Assembly: GCA_964016885.1 (NCBI GenBank)
Contig: OZ024744.1
Span: 22,692,001 to 22,756,000 of the forward strand
From: Eledone cirrhosa
Lineage: Eukaryota
Reading direction: 5' to 3'
DNA: 64,000 nt
The notes beneath the pieces are model-generated. The model was given only the letters and a program-made list of their open reading frames with translations, was not told where the DNA came from and made no database searches. Of the stretch, positions 41,201 through 54,100 are shown piece after piece (position 1 is the stretch's first letter; every line of letters starts with the position of its first letter). The position numbers were made by a program, and so were the translations under genes.

Positions 41201-42129
41201 ACCTTAAAGAAGCCTAACAGAGATTGCCCTCATCGACAAGTCTAACGTAGACTACCAACTTTAGACTAGCCTAACAGAGACTGCGCACCTTCGACTAACC
41301 TAAAAGAGACTGCCCACCTTCGCCGAAACTAACAAAGACTGCCCACTTTCGACAAACCTAACAGAGACTGCCCACCCTTGACAAACCTAGCAGAGACTGA
41401 CCACCTTCGACAAGTCTAATAGAGACGGCCCACTTTCGATGAACGTAACATAGACTGCCCATCTTCTACAAGCCTAACAAAGATGGCCCCCGTTCGACAA
41501 GCCTAACAGAGACTGCCTACCTTAGAGAAGTCTAAGAGCGACGGCCCACCTTCGACAAGCCTATCAGAGACTGTCCACCTTCGACAAGCCTAACAGACTC
41601 TGTCCACCTTCGACAAGCCTAACAGAGACTGCTCACCTTCGACAAACCTAACGGAGACTGCCCACATTTGACAAGTATAACAGAGACTGCCCACCTTTTA
41701 CAAGTCTAACAGAGACTGCCTACCTTCGACAACTCTAACATGGACTGCCCACTTTCGACAAACCTAACAATGACTGTCCACTCTCGACAACCTAACAGTG
41801 ACTGCCCACTTTTCACAAACCTAACAGAGACTACCGACCTTCGACAAACCTAACAGAGGATACCGTCCTTCGACAAACCTAACTGAGACTGCCCACCTTC
41901 GAGAATTCTAACAGATACACCCCACATTCGACAAACCTAACAGAGACTGTCCACCTTCGACAAACCTAACAGAGACGCCCCTGCTTCGACAAGTCAAACA
42001 GTGACTGCCCACCTTCGACAAACCTAACAGAGACTGCCCACATTCGACAAGTTTAACACAGACTGCCAACATTTGACAAGGCTAACTAAGACTGCTCACC
42101 TTCGACAAACCTAACAGAGACTACCCACT

Positions 42130-45100
42130 TTCGACAAACCTAACAGAGATTGCCCACCTTCGACAAGTCTAGCAGAGACTGCCCACCTTCCACAAATCTA
42201 ACAGAGACTGCCCACCTTCGACAAACCTAATGGAGACTGTCCACCTTCGACAAGTGTAACAGAGACTGGCCACCTTAGACAAGTCTAAAAGAGAATGCCC
42301 ACCTTCGACAAGCCTAACAGAGACTTCCCACTTTCGACAAACCTAAGAGAGACTGCCCACCTTCGAGAAACCCAACAGAGACTCCCCACTTTCGACAAGT
42401 CTAACAGATACTGCCAACCTTCGACAAACCTAACACAGACTGCCCACCTTCGACAAGCCTAACAGTGACTGCCCTACTTCGACAAACCTAACAATGACTG
42501 CCCACCTTCGACAAACCTAACAGAGACACCCCAGCTTCGACTAGTCTAACAGAGACTGCCCACTTTCGACAAACCTAACAGAGACTGCCCACATTCGACA
42601 AGCCTAACATAGACTGCCCACATTCGACAAGCCTAAAAGAGACTGCCCAGCTTCGTCAACCTTAACAGAGACTCCCCACTTTCGACAAGCGTAACAAAGA
42701 CTGCTCATCTTCAACAAATCTTACAGAGACAGCCCACCTTCGACAAACCTAACAGAGACAGCCCACCTTCGACAAGCGTAACATAGGCTCCCCACATTCG
42801 ACATGTCTAACTGATACTGCCCACTTTCGACAAATCTAGCAGAGACTGGCCACCTTAGATAAGTCTAACAGAGACTGCCCACCTTCGACAAGCTTAACAG
42901 AGACTGCCCACTTTCGACAAACCAAACAGAGATTGCGCACCTTCGTCTAACCTAACATAGACTCCCCCCCCTTCGACAAGCCTAACAGAGACTGCCCACC
43001 TTCGACAAGCCTATCAGAGACTGCCCACAATCGACAAGCCTAACAGAGACTGCCCACCTTCGAGAAACCTAACTGAGACGACCGTCCTTCGACAAACCTA
43101 ACAGAGACTACCCACCTTCGACAATCTAACAGAGACTGCCCTACTTCGACAAACCTAACAGAGACTGCCTACCTTCGACAAGTCTAACAGAGACTAGCCA
43201 CCTTCGACAAGTCTAACAGAGACTGCCCACCTTCAACAAGTCTAACAGAGACTGCCCACCTTCGACAAACCAAACAGAGTCTGCCCACCTTCGACAAGTC
43301 TAAGAGAGACTGCCCACCTTTGACAATCCTAACAGAGACTTTCCACCTTCGACAAACCTAACAGAGATTCCCCACCTTCGACAAGCCTAACAGAGACTGC
43401 CCACATTCGAGAAACCTAACAGAGCCTGCCCACCTTTGTCTAACCTAACAGAGACTCCCCACATTCGACAAGCCTAACAGAGACTTCCCACCTTCAACAA
43501 GCCTAACAGAGACTGTCCACCTTCGACAAGCCTAACAGAGAGTGCCCACCTTCGACAAACCTAACAGAGACTGCGTACCTTCGACTAACCTAACATAGAC
43601 TGCCCACCTTCGACAAGCCTAACAGAGACTGCCCAGCTTCGACAAGCCTAACAGAGACTGCTCACCTTCGAGAAACCTAACAGAGACTACCGTCCATCGA
43701 CAAACCTAACAGAGACTACCCACCTTCGACAAATCTAAGACAGACTGCCCACCCTCAACAAGCCTAACAGGGACTGCCAACATTTGACAAGGCTAATAAA
43801 GACTACCAAACTTAGATAAGCCTATCAGAGACTACCCACCTTCTACAAGCCTAACAGAGTCTATCAACCTTAGACAAGCCTAACAGAGACTGCCCAACTT
43901 TGACAAAACTAACAGAGACTGCCCACCTTCGTCAACCCTAGCAGATACTGCCCACCTTCGACTTAGCAATCAGAGACTTCCCATCTTTGACAAAACTAAC
44001 AGTGACTGCCCACTTTCCAGAAGCCTAACAGTGACTTCCGACCTTCGACAAGTCTAACAGAGACTGCTCATTTTCGACAAACCTAACAGAGACTGCCCAA
44101 CTTCGACAATTCTAACAGTGACCACCCACCTTCAACAAGCCTAACAGTGACTGCCCACCTTCGACAAGTCTAACATAGACTACCCAACTTAGACTAGCCT
44201 AGCAGAGACTGCGCACCTTCGACTAACCTAACAGCGACTGCCCACCTTCGACAAAACTAACAGAGACTGTCCACCTTCTACAAACCTAACAGAGACTGCC
44301 CACCTTCGACAACTGTAACAGAGACTGCCCACCTTCGACAAGTCTAACAAAGACTGCTCATATTCGACAAGCCTAACAGAGACAGCCCACCTTCGACAAA
44401 CCTAACAGAGACTGTCCACCTTCGACAAATCTAATAGAGACTGCCCACCTTCGACAAGCCTAACATAGAGTGCCCACCTTCGACCAGCCTAACAGAGACT
44501 GCAACCTTCGACAAGTCTAACAGAAACTGCCCAGCTTCATCAAACCTAAATGAGACTGCCCACCTTCGACAACCCTAACGGAGACTGCCCACCTTCGACA
44601 TGTGTAACAGAGACTGTCCACCTTAGAAAAGTCTAACAGAAAATGCCCACTTTCGACAAGCCTAACAGAGACTGCCCACTTTCGATAAACGTAACATAGA
44701 CTGCCCATCTTCGACAAGCCTAACAAAGATGGTCCCCGTTCGACAAGCCTAACAGAGACTGCCTACCTTAGACAAGTCTAAGAGAGACGGCCCACCTTCG
44801 AAAAGCCTAACAGAGACTGCTCACCTTCGACAAACCTAACGGAGACTGCCCACCTTCGACAAGTGTAACAGAGACTGCCCACCTTCGACAAGTCTAACAG
44901 AGACTGCCCACCTTCGACAAGTCTAACATGGACTGCCCACTTTCGATAAACCTAACAGTGATTGCCCACTTTCGACAACCTAACAGAGACTGCCCACATT
45001 CGAGAAACCTAACAGAACCTGCCCACCTTTGTCTAACCTAACAGAGACTCCCCACCTTCGACAAGCCTAACAGAGACTGCCCACCTTCGACAAGCCTAAC

Positions 45101-48100
45101 AGAGAGTGCCCACCTTCGACAAACCTAACGGAGACTGCCCACCTTCGACAAGTATAACAGAGACTGGCCACCTTAGATAAGTCTAACAGAGACTGCCCAC
45201 ATTCGACAAGCTTAACAGAGGCTGCCCACCTTCGAGAAACCTAACAGAGACTGCGCACCTTCGACTAACCTAACATAGACTGCCCAGCTTCGACAAGCCT
45301 AACAGAGACTGCCCACCTTCGAGAAACCTAACAGAGACTACCGTCCGTCGACAAACCTAACAGAGACTACCCACCTTCGACAAATCTAAGACAGGCTGCC
45401 CACCCTCGACAAGACTAACAGGGACTGCCAACATTTGACAAGGCTAATAAAGACTACCAACCTTCGATAAGCCTATCAGAGACTGCTCACCTTCGACAAA
45501 CCTAACGGAGACTGCCCACCTTCGACAAGTGTAACAGAGACTGCCCACCTTCGACAAGTCTAACAGAGACTGCCCACCTTCGACAAGTCTAACATGGACT
45601 GCCCACTTTCGACAAACCTAACAGTGACTGCCCACTTTCGACAACGTAACAGTGACTACCGACCTTCGACAAACCTAACAGAGGCTACCGACCTTCGACA
45701 AACCTAACAGAGACTGCCCACCCTCGACAAACCTAACAGAGACTGCCCAACCTTGACAAACCTAACAGAGACTGACCACCTTCGACAAGTCTAATAGAGA
45801 CTGCCCATCTTCGACAAACCTAACAGAGGCTACCGACCATCGACAAACCTAACGGAAACTGCCTACCCTCGACAAACCTAACAGAAACTGCCCACCTTCG
45901 GCAAACCAAACGAAGACTGCCGACCTTCGACAAACCTAACAGAGACTACCCACCTTCGACAAGTCTAATAGAAACTGCCCACCGTCAACAAGCCTTACGG
46001 AGACTGCCCACCTTCGACAAACCTTACAGAGTGTACCCATATTCGACAAGTCTAACAGAGACTGCCCACCTTCGACAACCCTAACAGAAGCTACCGACCT
46101 TCGACAAACCTAACAGAAACTACCCACCCTCGACAAACCTAACAGAGACTGCCCACCATGGACAAAACTAACAGTGACTGCCCACTTTCGACAAACCTAA
46201 CAGAGACGGCCTGCCTTCGACAAGCCTAACAGAGACTGCCCACATTCGAGAAACCTAACAGAGCCTGCCCACCTTTGAGTAACCTAACAGAGACTCCCAC
46301 CTTCGACAAGCCTAACAGAGACTGCCCACCTTCGACAAGCCTAACAGAGACTGCTCACCTTCGACAAACCTAACAGTGACTGTCCAGCTTCGACAAGTCT
46401 CTCAGGGACTGGCCACCTTCGACAAACCTAACAGAGACTGTCCACCTTCGACAAGCCTAACAGAGACTGTCCACCTTCGACAAGCCTAATAGAGACTGCC
46501 CACCTTCGACAAACCTAACAGAGACTGTCCACCTTCGACAAGCCTAACAGAGACTGCCCACCTTCGACAAACCTAACAGAGACTGTCCACCTTCGACAAG
46601 TCTAACAGAGACTGGCCACCTTTGACAAGCCTAACAGAGACTGCCCACCTTCGACAAACCTAACAGAGACTGTCCACCTTCGACAAGCCTAACAGAGACT
46701 GCCCACCTTCGACAAACCTAACAGAGACTGTCCACCTTCGACAAGCCTATCAGAGACTGTCCACCTTCGACAAGCCTAACAGACTCTGTCCACCTTCGAC
46801 AAGCCTAACAGAGACTGCTCACCTTCGAGAAACCTAACGGAGACTGCCCACATTTGACAAGTATAACAGAGACTGCCCACCTTTTACAAGTCTAACAGAG
46901 ACTGCCTACCTTCGACAAGTCTAACATGGACTGCCCACTTTCGACAAACCTAACAATGACTGTCCACTCTCGACAACCTAACAGTGACTGCCCACTTTTC
47001 ACAAACCTAACAGAGACTACCGACCTTCGACAAACCTAACAGAGGCTACCGTCCTTCGACAAACCTAACAGAGACTGCCCACCCTCGACAAACCTAACAG
47101 AGACTGCCCACCTTCGACAAACATAACAGTGACTGCCCACTTTCGACAAGCCTAACAGAGACTGCCTACCTTAGACAAGTCTAAGAGAGACGGCCCACCT
47201 TCGAAAAGCCTAACAGAGACTGCTCACCTTCGACAAACCTAACGGAGACTGCCCACCTTAGACAAGTGTAACAGAGACTGCCCACCTTCGACAAGTCTAA
47301 CAGAGACTGCCTACCTTCGACAAGTCTAACATAGACTGCCCACTTTCGACAAACCTAACAGAGACTGCCCACCCTTGACAAACCTAACAGAGACTGACCA
47401 CCTTCGGCAAGTCTAATAGAGACTGCCCTTCTTCGACACACCTAACAGAGGCTACCGACCATCGACAAACCTAACGGAAACTGCCTACCCTCGACAAACC
47501 TAACAGAGACTGCCCACCTTCGACATACCTAACACTGACTGGCCACTTTCTACGAGTCTAATAGAGACTGCCCACCGTCAACAAGCCTAACGGAGCCTGC
47601 CCACCTTCGACAAACCTAACAGAGTGTATCCATATTCGACAAGTCTAACAGAGACTGCCCACCTTCGACAAACCTAAAAGAGGCTACCGACCTTCGACAA
47701 ACCTAACAGAAACTACCCACCCTCGACAAACCTAACAGAGACTGCCCACCATGGACAAAACTAACAGTGACTGCCCACTTTCGACAAACCTAACAGAGAC
47801 TGCCTGCCTTCGAGAAGTCTAACAGAGACTAGCCACCTTCGACAAGTCTAACAGAGACTGCCCACCTTCAACAAGTCTAACAGAGACTGCCCACCTTCGA
47901 CAAACCAAACAGAGTCTGCCCACCTTCGACAAACCTAACAGAGACTGCCCACATTCGAGAAACCTAACAGAGCCTGCCCACCTTTGACTAACCTAACAGA
48001 GACTCCCACCTTCGACAAGCCTAACAGAGACTGCCCACCTTCGACAAGCCTAACAGAGACTGCCCACCTTCGACAAACCTAACAGAGACTGTCCACCTTC

Positions 48101-51100
48101 GACAAACCTAACAGAGACTGGCCACCTTCGACAAGTCTAACAGAGACTGGCCACCTTCGACAAAACTAACAGAGACTGTCCACCTTCGACAAGCCTAACA
48201 GAGACTGTCCACCTTCGACAAGCCTAACAGAGACTGCCCACCTTCGACAAACCTAACAGAGACTGTCCACCTTCGACAAGCCTAACAGAGACTGTCCACC
48301 TTCGACAAGCCTAACAGAGATTGCCCACCTTCGACAAACCTAACAGAGACTGCCCACTTTCGATAAACGTAACATAGACTGCCCATCTTCGACAAGCCTA
48401 ACAAAGATGGCCCCCGTTCGACAAGCCTAACAGAGACTGCCCGCCTTCGACAAACCTAACAGAGACTGCCCACTTTCGATAAACGTAACATAGACTGCCC
48501 ATCTTCGACAAGCGTAACAAATATGGCCCCCGTTCGACAAGCCTAACAGAGACTGCCTACCTTAGACAAGTCTAAGAGAGACGGCCCACCTTCGAAAAGC
48601 CTAACAGAGACTGCTCACCTTCGACAAACCTAACGGAGACTGCCCACCTTAGACAAGTGTAACAGAGACTGCCGACCTTCGACAAGTCTAACAGAGACTG
48701 CCTACCTTCGACAAGTCTAACATAGACTGCCCACTTTCGACAAACCTAACAGAGACTGCCCACCCTTGACAAACCTAACAGAGACTGACCACCTTCGACA
48801 AGTCTAATAGAGACGGCCCATCTTCGACAAACCTAACGGAAAGTGCCTACCCTCGACAAACCTAACAGAGACTGCCCACCTTCGGCAAACCAAACAAAGA
48901 CTGCCGACCTTCGACAAACCTAACAGAGACTACCCACCTTCGACAAGTCTAATAGAAACTGCCCACCGTCAACAAGCCTTACGGTGACTGCCCACCTTCG
49001 ACAAACCTAACAGAGTGTACCCATATTCGACAAGTTTAACAGAGACTGCCCACCTTCGACAACCCTAACAGAGGCTACCGACCTTCGACAAACCTAACAG
49101 AAACTACCCACCCTCGACAAACCTAACAGAGACTGCCCACCATGGACAAAACTAACAGTGACTGCCCACTTTCGACAAACCTAACAGAGACGGCCTGCCT
49201 TCGACAAGTCTAACAGAGACTAGCCACCTTCGACAAGTCTAACAGAGACTGCCCACCTTCAACAGGTCTAACAGAGACTGCCCACCTTCGACAAACCAAA
49301 CAGAGACTGCCCACCTTCGACAAACCAAACAGAGTCTGCCCAACTTCGACAATCCTAACACAGACTCCCCACCGTTGACAAGCCTAACAGAGATTCCCCA
49401 CCTTCGACAAGCCTAACAGAGACTGCCCACATTCGAGAAACCTAACAGAGCCTGCCCACCTTTGACTAACCTAACAGAGTCTCCCACCTTCGACAAGCCT
49501 AACAGAGACTGCCCACCTTCGACAAGCCTAACAGAGACTGCCCACCTTCGACAAACCTAACAGAGACTGTCCACCTTCGACAAGCCTAACAGAGACTGCC
49601 CACCTTCGACAAACCTAACAGAGACTGTCCAACTTCGACAAGCCTAACAGAGACTGTCCACCTTCGACAAACCTAGCAGAGACTTTCCCACCTTCGACAA
49701 ACCTAACAGAGACTGCCCACTTCCGATAAACGTAACATAGACTGCCCATCTTCGACAAGCCTAACAAAGAGGGCCCCCGTTCGACAAGCCTAACAGAGAT
49801 TGCCTACCTTAGAGAAGTCTAAGAGACACGGCCCACCTTCGAAAAGCCTAACAGAGACTGCTCACCTTCGACAAACCTAACAGTGACTGCCCACCTTAGA
49901 CAAGTCTAACAGAGACTGCCTACCTTCGACAAGTCTAACATAGACTGCCCACTTTCGAAAAGCCTAACAGAGACTGCTCACCTTCGACAAACCTAACGGA
50001 GACTGCCCACCTTAGACAAGTCTAACAGAGACTGCCTACCTTCGACAAGTCTAACATGGACTGCCCACTTTCGACAAACCTAACAGTGACTGTCCACTCT
50101 CTACAACCTAACAGTGACTGCCCACTTTCCACAAACCTAACAGAGACTACCGACCTTCGACAAACCTAACAGAGGCTACCGTCCTTCGACAAACCTAACA
50201 GAGACTGCCCACCTTCGACAAACCTAACAGAGACTGCCCACCTTCGACAAACCTAACAGTGACTGCCCACTTTCGACAAGCCTAACAGAGACTGCCTACC
50301 TTAGACAAGTCTAAGAGAGACGGCCCACCTTCGAAAAGCCTAACAGAGACTGCTCACCTTCGACAAACCTAACGGAGACTGCCCACCTTAGACAAGTCTA
50401 ACAGAGACTGCCTACCTTCGACAAGTCTAACATAGACTGCCCACTTTCGACAAACCTAACAGAGACTGCCCACCCTTGACAAACCTAACAGAGACTGACC
50501 ACCTTCGGCAAGTCTAATAGAGACTGCCCATCTTCGACAAACCTAACAGAGGCTACCGACCATCGACAAACCTAACGGAAACTGCCTACCCTCGACAAAC
50601 CTAACAGAGACTGCCCACCTTCGACAAACCTAACACTGACTGCCCACTTTCTACAAGTCTAATAGAGACTGCCCACCGTCAACAAGCCTAACTGAGACTG
50701 CCCACCTTCGACAAACCTCACAGAGTGTACCCATATTCGACAAGTCTAACAGAGACTGCCCACCTTCGACAAACCTAAAAGAGGCTACCGACCTTCGACA
50801 AACCTAACAGAAACTACCCACCCTCGACAAACCTAACAGAGACTGCCCACCATGGACAAAACTAACAGTGACTGCCCACTTTCGACAAATCTAACAGAGA
50901 CTCCCTGCCTTCGACAAGTCTAACAGAGACTAGCCACCTTCGACAAGTCTAACAGAGACTGCCCACCTTCAACAAGTCTAAGAGAGACTGCCCACCTTCG
51001 ACAATACTAACAGAGATACCCCACCTTCGACAAGCCTAACAGAGACTCCCCACCTTCGACAAGCGTAACAGAGACTCCCCACCTTCGACAAGCCTAACAG

Positions 51101-54100
51101 AGACTGCCCACATTCGAGAAACCTAACAGAGCCTGCCCACCTTTGACTAACATAACAGAGACTCCCACCTTCGACAAGCCTAACAGAGACTGCCCACCTT
51201 CGACAAGCCTAACAGAGACTGCCCACCTTCGACAAACCTAACAGAGACTGTCCACCTTCGACAAGCCTAACAGAGACTGCCCACCTTCGACAAACCTAAC
51301 AGAGACTGTCCACCTTCGACAAGCCTAACAGAGACTGCCCAACTTCGACAAGCCTAACAGAGACTGCCCACCTTCGACAAACCTAACAGAGACTGTCCAC
51401 CTTCGACAAACCTAACAGAGACTGCCCACCTTCGACAAACCTAAGAGACTGTCCACCTTCGACAAGCCTAACAGAGACTGCCCACCTTCGACAAGCCTAA
51501 CAGAGACTGCCCACCTTCGACAAACCTAACAGAGACTGCCCACTTTCGATAAACGTAACATAGACTGCCCACCTTCGACAAGCCTAACAAAGACGGCCCC
51601 CGATCGACAAGCCTAACAGAGACTGCCTACCTTAGACAAGTCTAAGAGAGACGGCCCACCTTCGAAAATCCTAACAGAGACTGCTCACCTTCGACAAACC
51701 TAACGGAGACTGCCCACTTTCGACAAGTGTAACAGAGACTGCCCACCTTCGACAAGTCTAACAGAGACTGCCTACCTTCGACAAATCTAACATGGACTGC
51801 CCACCTTCGACAAACCTAACAGTGACTGCCCACTCTCGACAACCTAACAGTGACTGCCCACTATCCACAGACCTAACAGAGACTACCGACCTTCGACAAA
51901 CCTAACAGAGGCTACCGACCTTCGACAAACCTAACAGAGACTGCCCACCCTAGACAAACCTAACAGAGACTGCCCACCTTCGACAAACCTAACAGTGACT
52001 GCCCAATTTCGACAAGCCTAACAGACACTGCCTACCTTAGACAAGTCTAAGAGAGACGGCCCACCTTCGAAAAGCCTAACAGAGACTGCTCACCTTCGAC
52101 AAACCTAACGGAGACTGCCCACCTTAGACAAGTGTAACAGAGACTGCCCACCTTCGACAAGTCTAACAGAGACTGCCTACCTTCGACAAGTCTAACATGG
52201 ACTGCCCACTTTCGACAAACCTAACAGAGACTGCCCACCTTTGACAAACCTAACAGAGACTGACCACCTTCGATAAGTCTAATAGAGACTGCCAATCTTC
52301 GACAAACCTAACAGAGGCTACCGACCATCGACAAACCTAACGGAAACTGCCTACCCTCGACAATCCTAACAGAGACTGCCCACCTTCGACAAACCTAAGA
52401 GTGACTGCGCACTTTTGAGAAACCTAACAGAGACTGCCCACCTTCGGCAAATGTAACAAAGACTGCCGATCTTCGACAAACCTAACAGAGACTACCCACC
52501 TTCGACAAGTCTAATAGAGACTGCCCACCGTCAACAAGCCTAAGGGAGACTGCTCACCTTCGACAAACCTAACAGAGTGTACCCATATACGACAAGTCTA
52601 ACAGAGACTGCCCACCTTCGACAAACATAACAGAGGCTACCGACCTTCGACAAACCTAACAGAAACTACCCACCCTCGACAAACCTAACAGAGACTGCCC
52701 ACCATGGAGAAAACTAACAGTGACTGCCCACTTTCGACAAACCTAACAGAGACTGCCTGCCTTCGACAAGTCTAACAGAGACTAGCCACCTTCGACAAGT
52801 CTAACAGAGACTGCCCACCTTCAACAAGTCTAACAGAGACTGCCCACCTTCGACAAACCTAACAGAGACTGCGCACCTTCGACTAACCTAACATAGACTG
52901 CCCACCTTCGACAAGCCTAACAGAGACTGCCCAGCTTCGACAAGCCTAACAGAGACTGCCCACCTTCGAGAAACCTAACAGAGACTACCGTCCGTCGACA
53001 AACCTAACAGAGACTGCCTGCCTTCGACAAACCTAACAGAGACTGCCCACCTTCGACAAACCAAACAGTGACTGCCCACTTTCGACAAACCTAACGGAGA
53101 CTGCCCACCTTAGACAAGTGTAACAGAGACTGCCCACCTTCGAAAAGCCTAACAGAGACTGCTCACCTTCGACAAACCTAACGGAGACTGCCCACCTTAG
53201 ACAAGTGTAACAGAGACTGCCCACCTTCGACAAGTCTAACAGAGACTGCCTACCTTCGACAAGTCTAACATAGACTGCCCACTTTCGACAAACCTAACAG
53301 AGACTGCCCACCCTTGACACACCTAACAGAGACTGACCACCTTCGACAAGTCTAATAGAGACTGCCCATCTTCGACAAACCTAACGGAAACTGCCTACCC
53401 TCGACAAACCTAACAGAGACTGCCCACCTTCGGCAAACCAAACAAAGACTGCCGACCTTCGACAAACCTAACAGAGACTACCCACCTTCGACAAGTCTAA
53501 TAGAAACTGCCCACCGTCAACAAGCCTTACGGAGACTGCCCACCTTCGACAAACCTAAAAGAGCGTACCCATATTCGACAAGTCTAACAGAGACTGCCTA
53601 CCTTCGACAACCCTGACAGAGGCTACCGACCTTCGACAAACCTAACAGAAACTACCCACCCTCGACAAACCTAACAGAGACTGCCCACCATGCACAAAAC
53701 TAACAGTGACTGCCCACTTTCGACAAACCTAACAGAGACGGCCTGCCTTCGACAAGTCTAACAGAGACTAGCCACCTTCGACAAGTCTAACAGAGACTGC
53801 CCACCTTCAACAAGTCTAACAGAGACTGCCCACCTTCGACAAACCAAACAGAGTCTGCCCACCTTCGACAAGTCTAAGAGAGACTGCCCAACTTCGACAA
53901 TCCTAACAGAGACTCCCCACCTTTGACAAGCCTAACAGAGATTCCCCACCTTCGACAAGTCTAACAGAGACTGGCCACCTTCGACAAACCTAACAGAGAC
54001 TGTCCACATTCGACAAGCCTAACAGAGACTGTCCACCTTCGACAAGCCTAACAGAGACTGCCCACCTTCGACAAACCTAACAGAGATTGCCCACCTTCGA

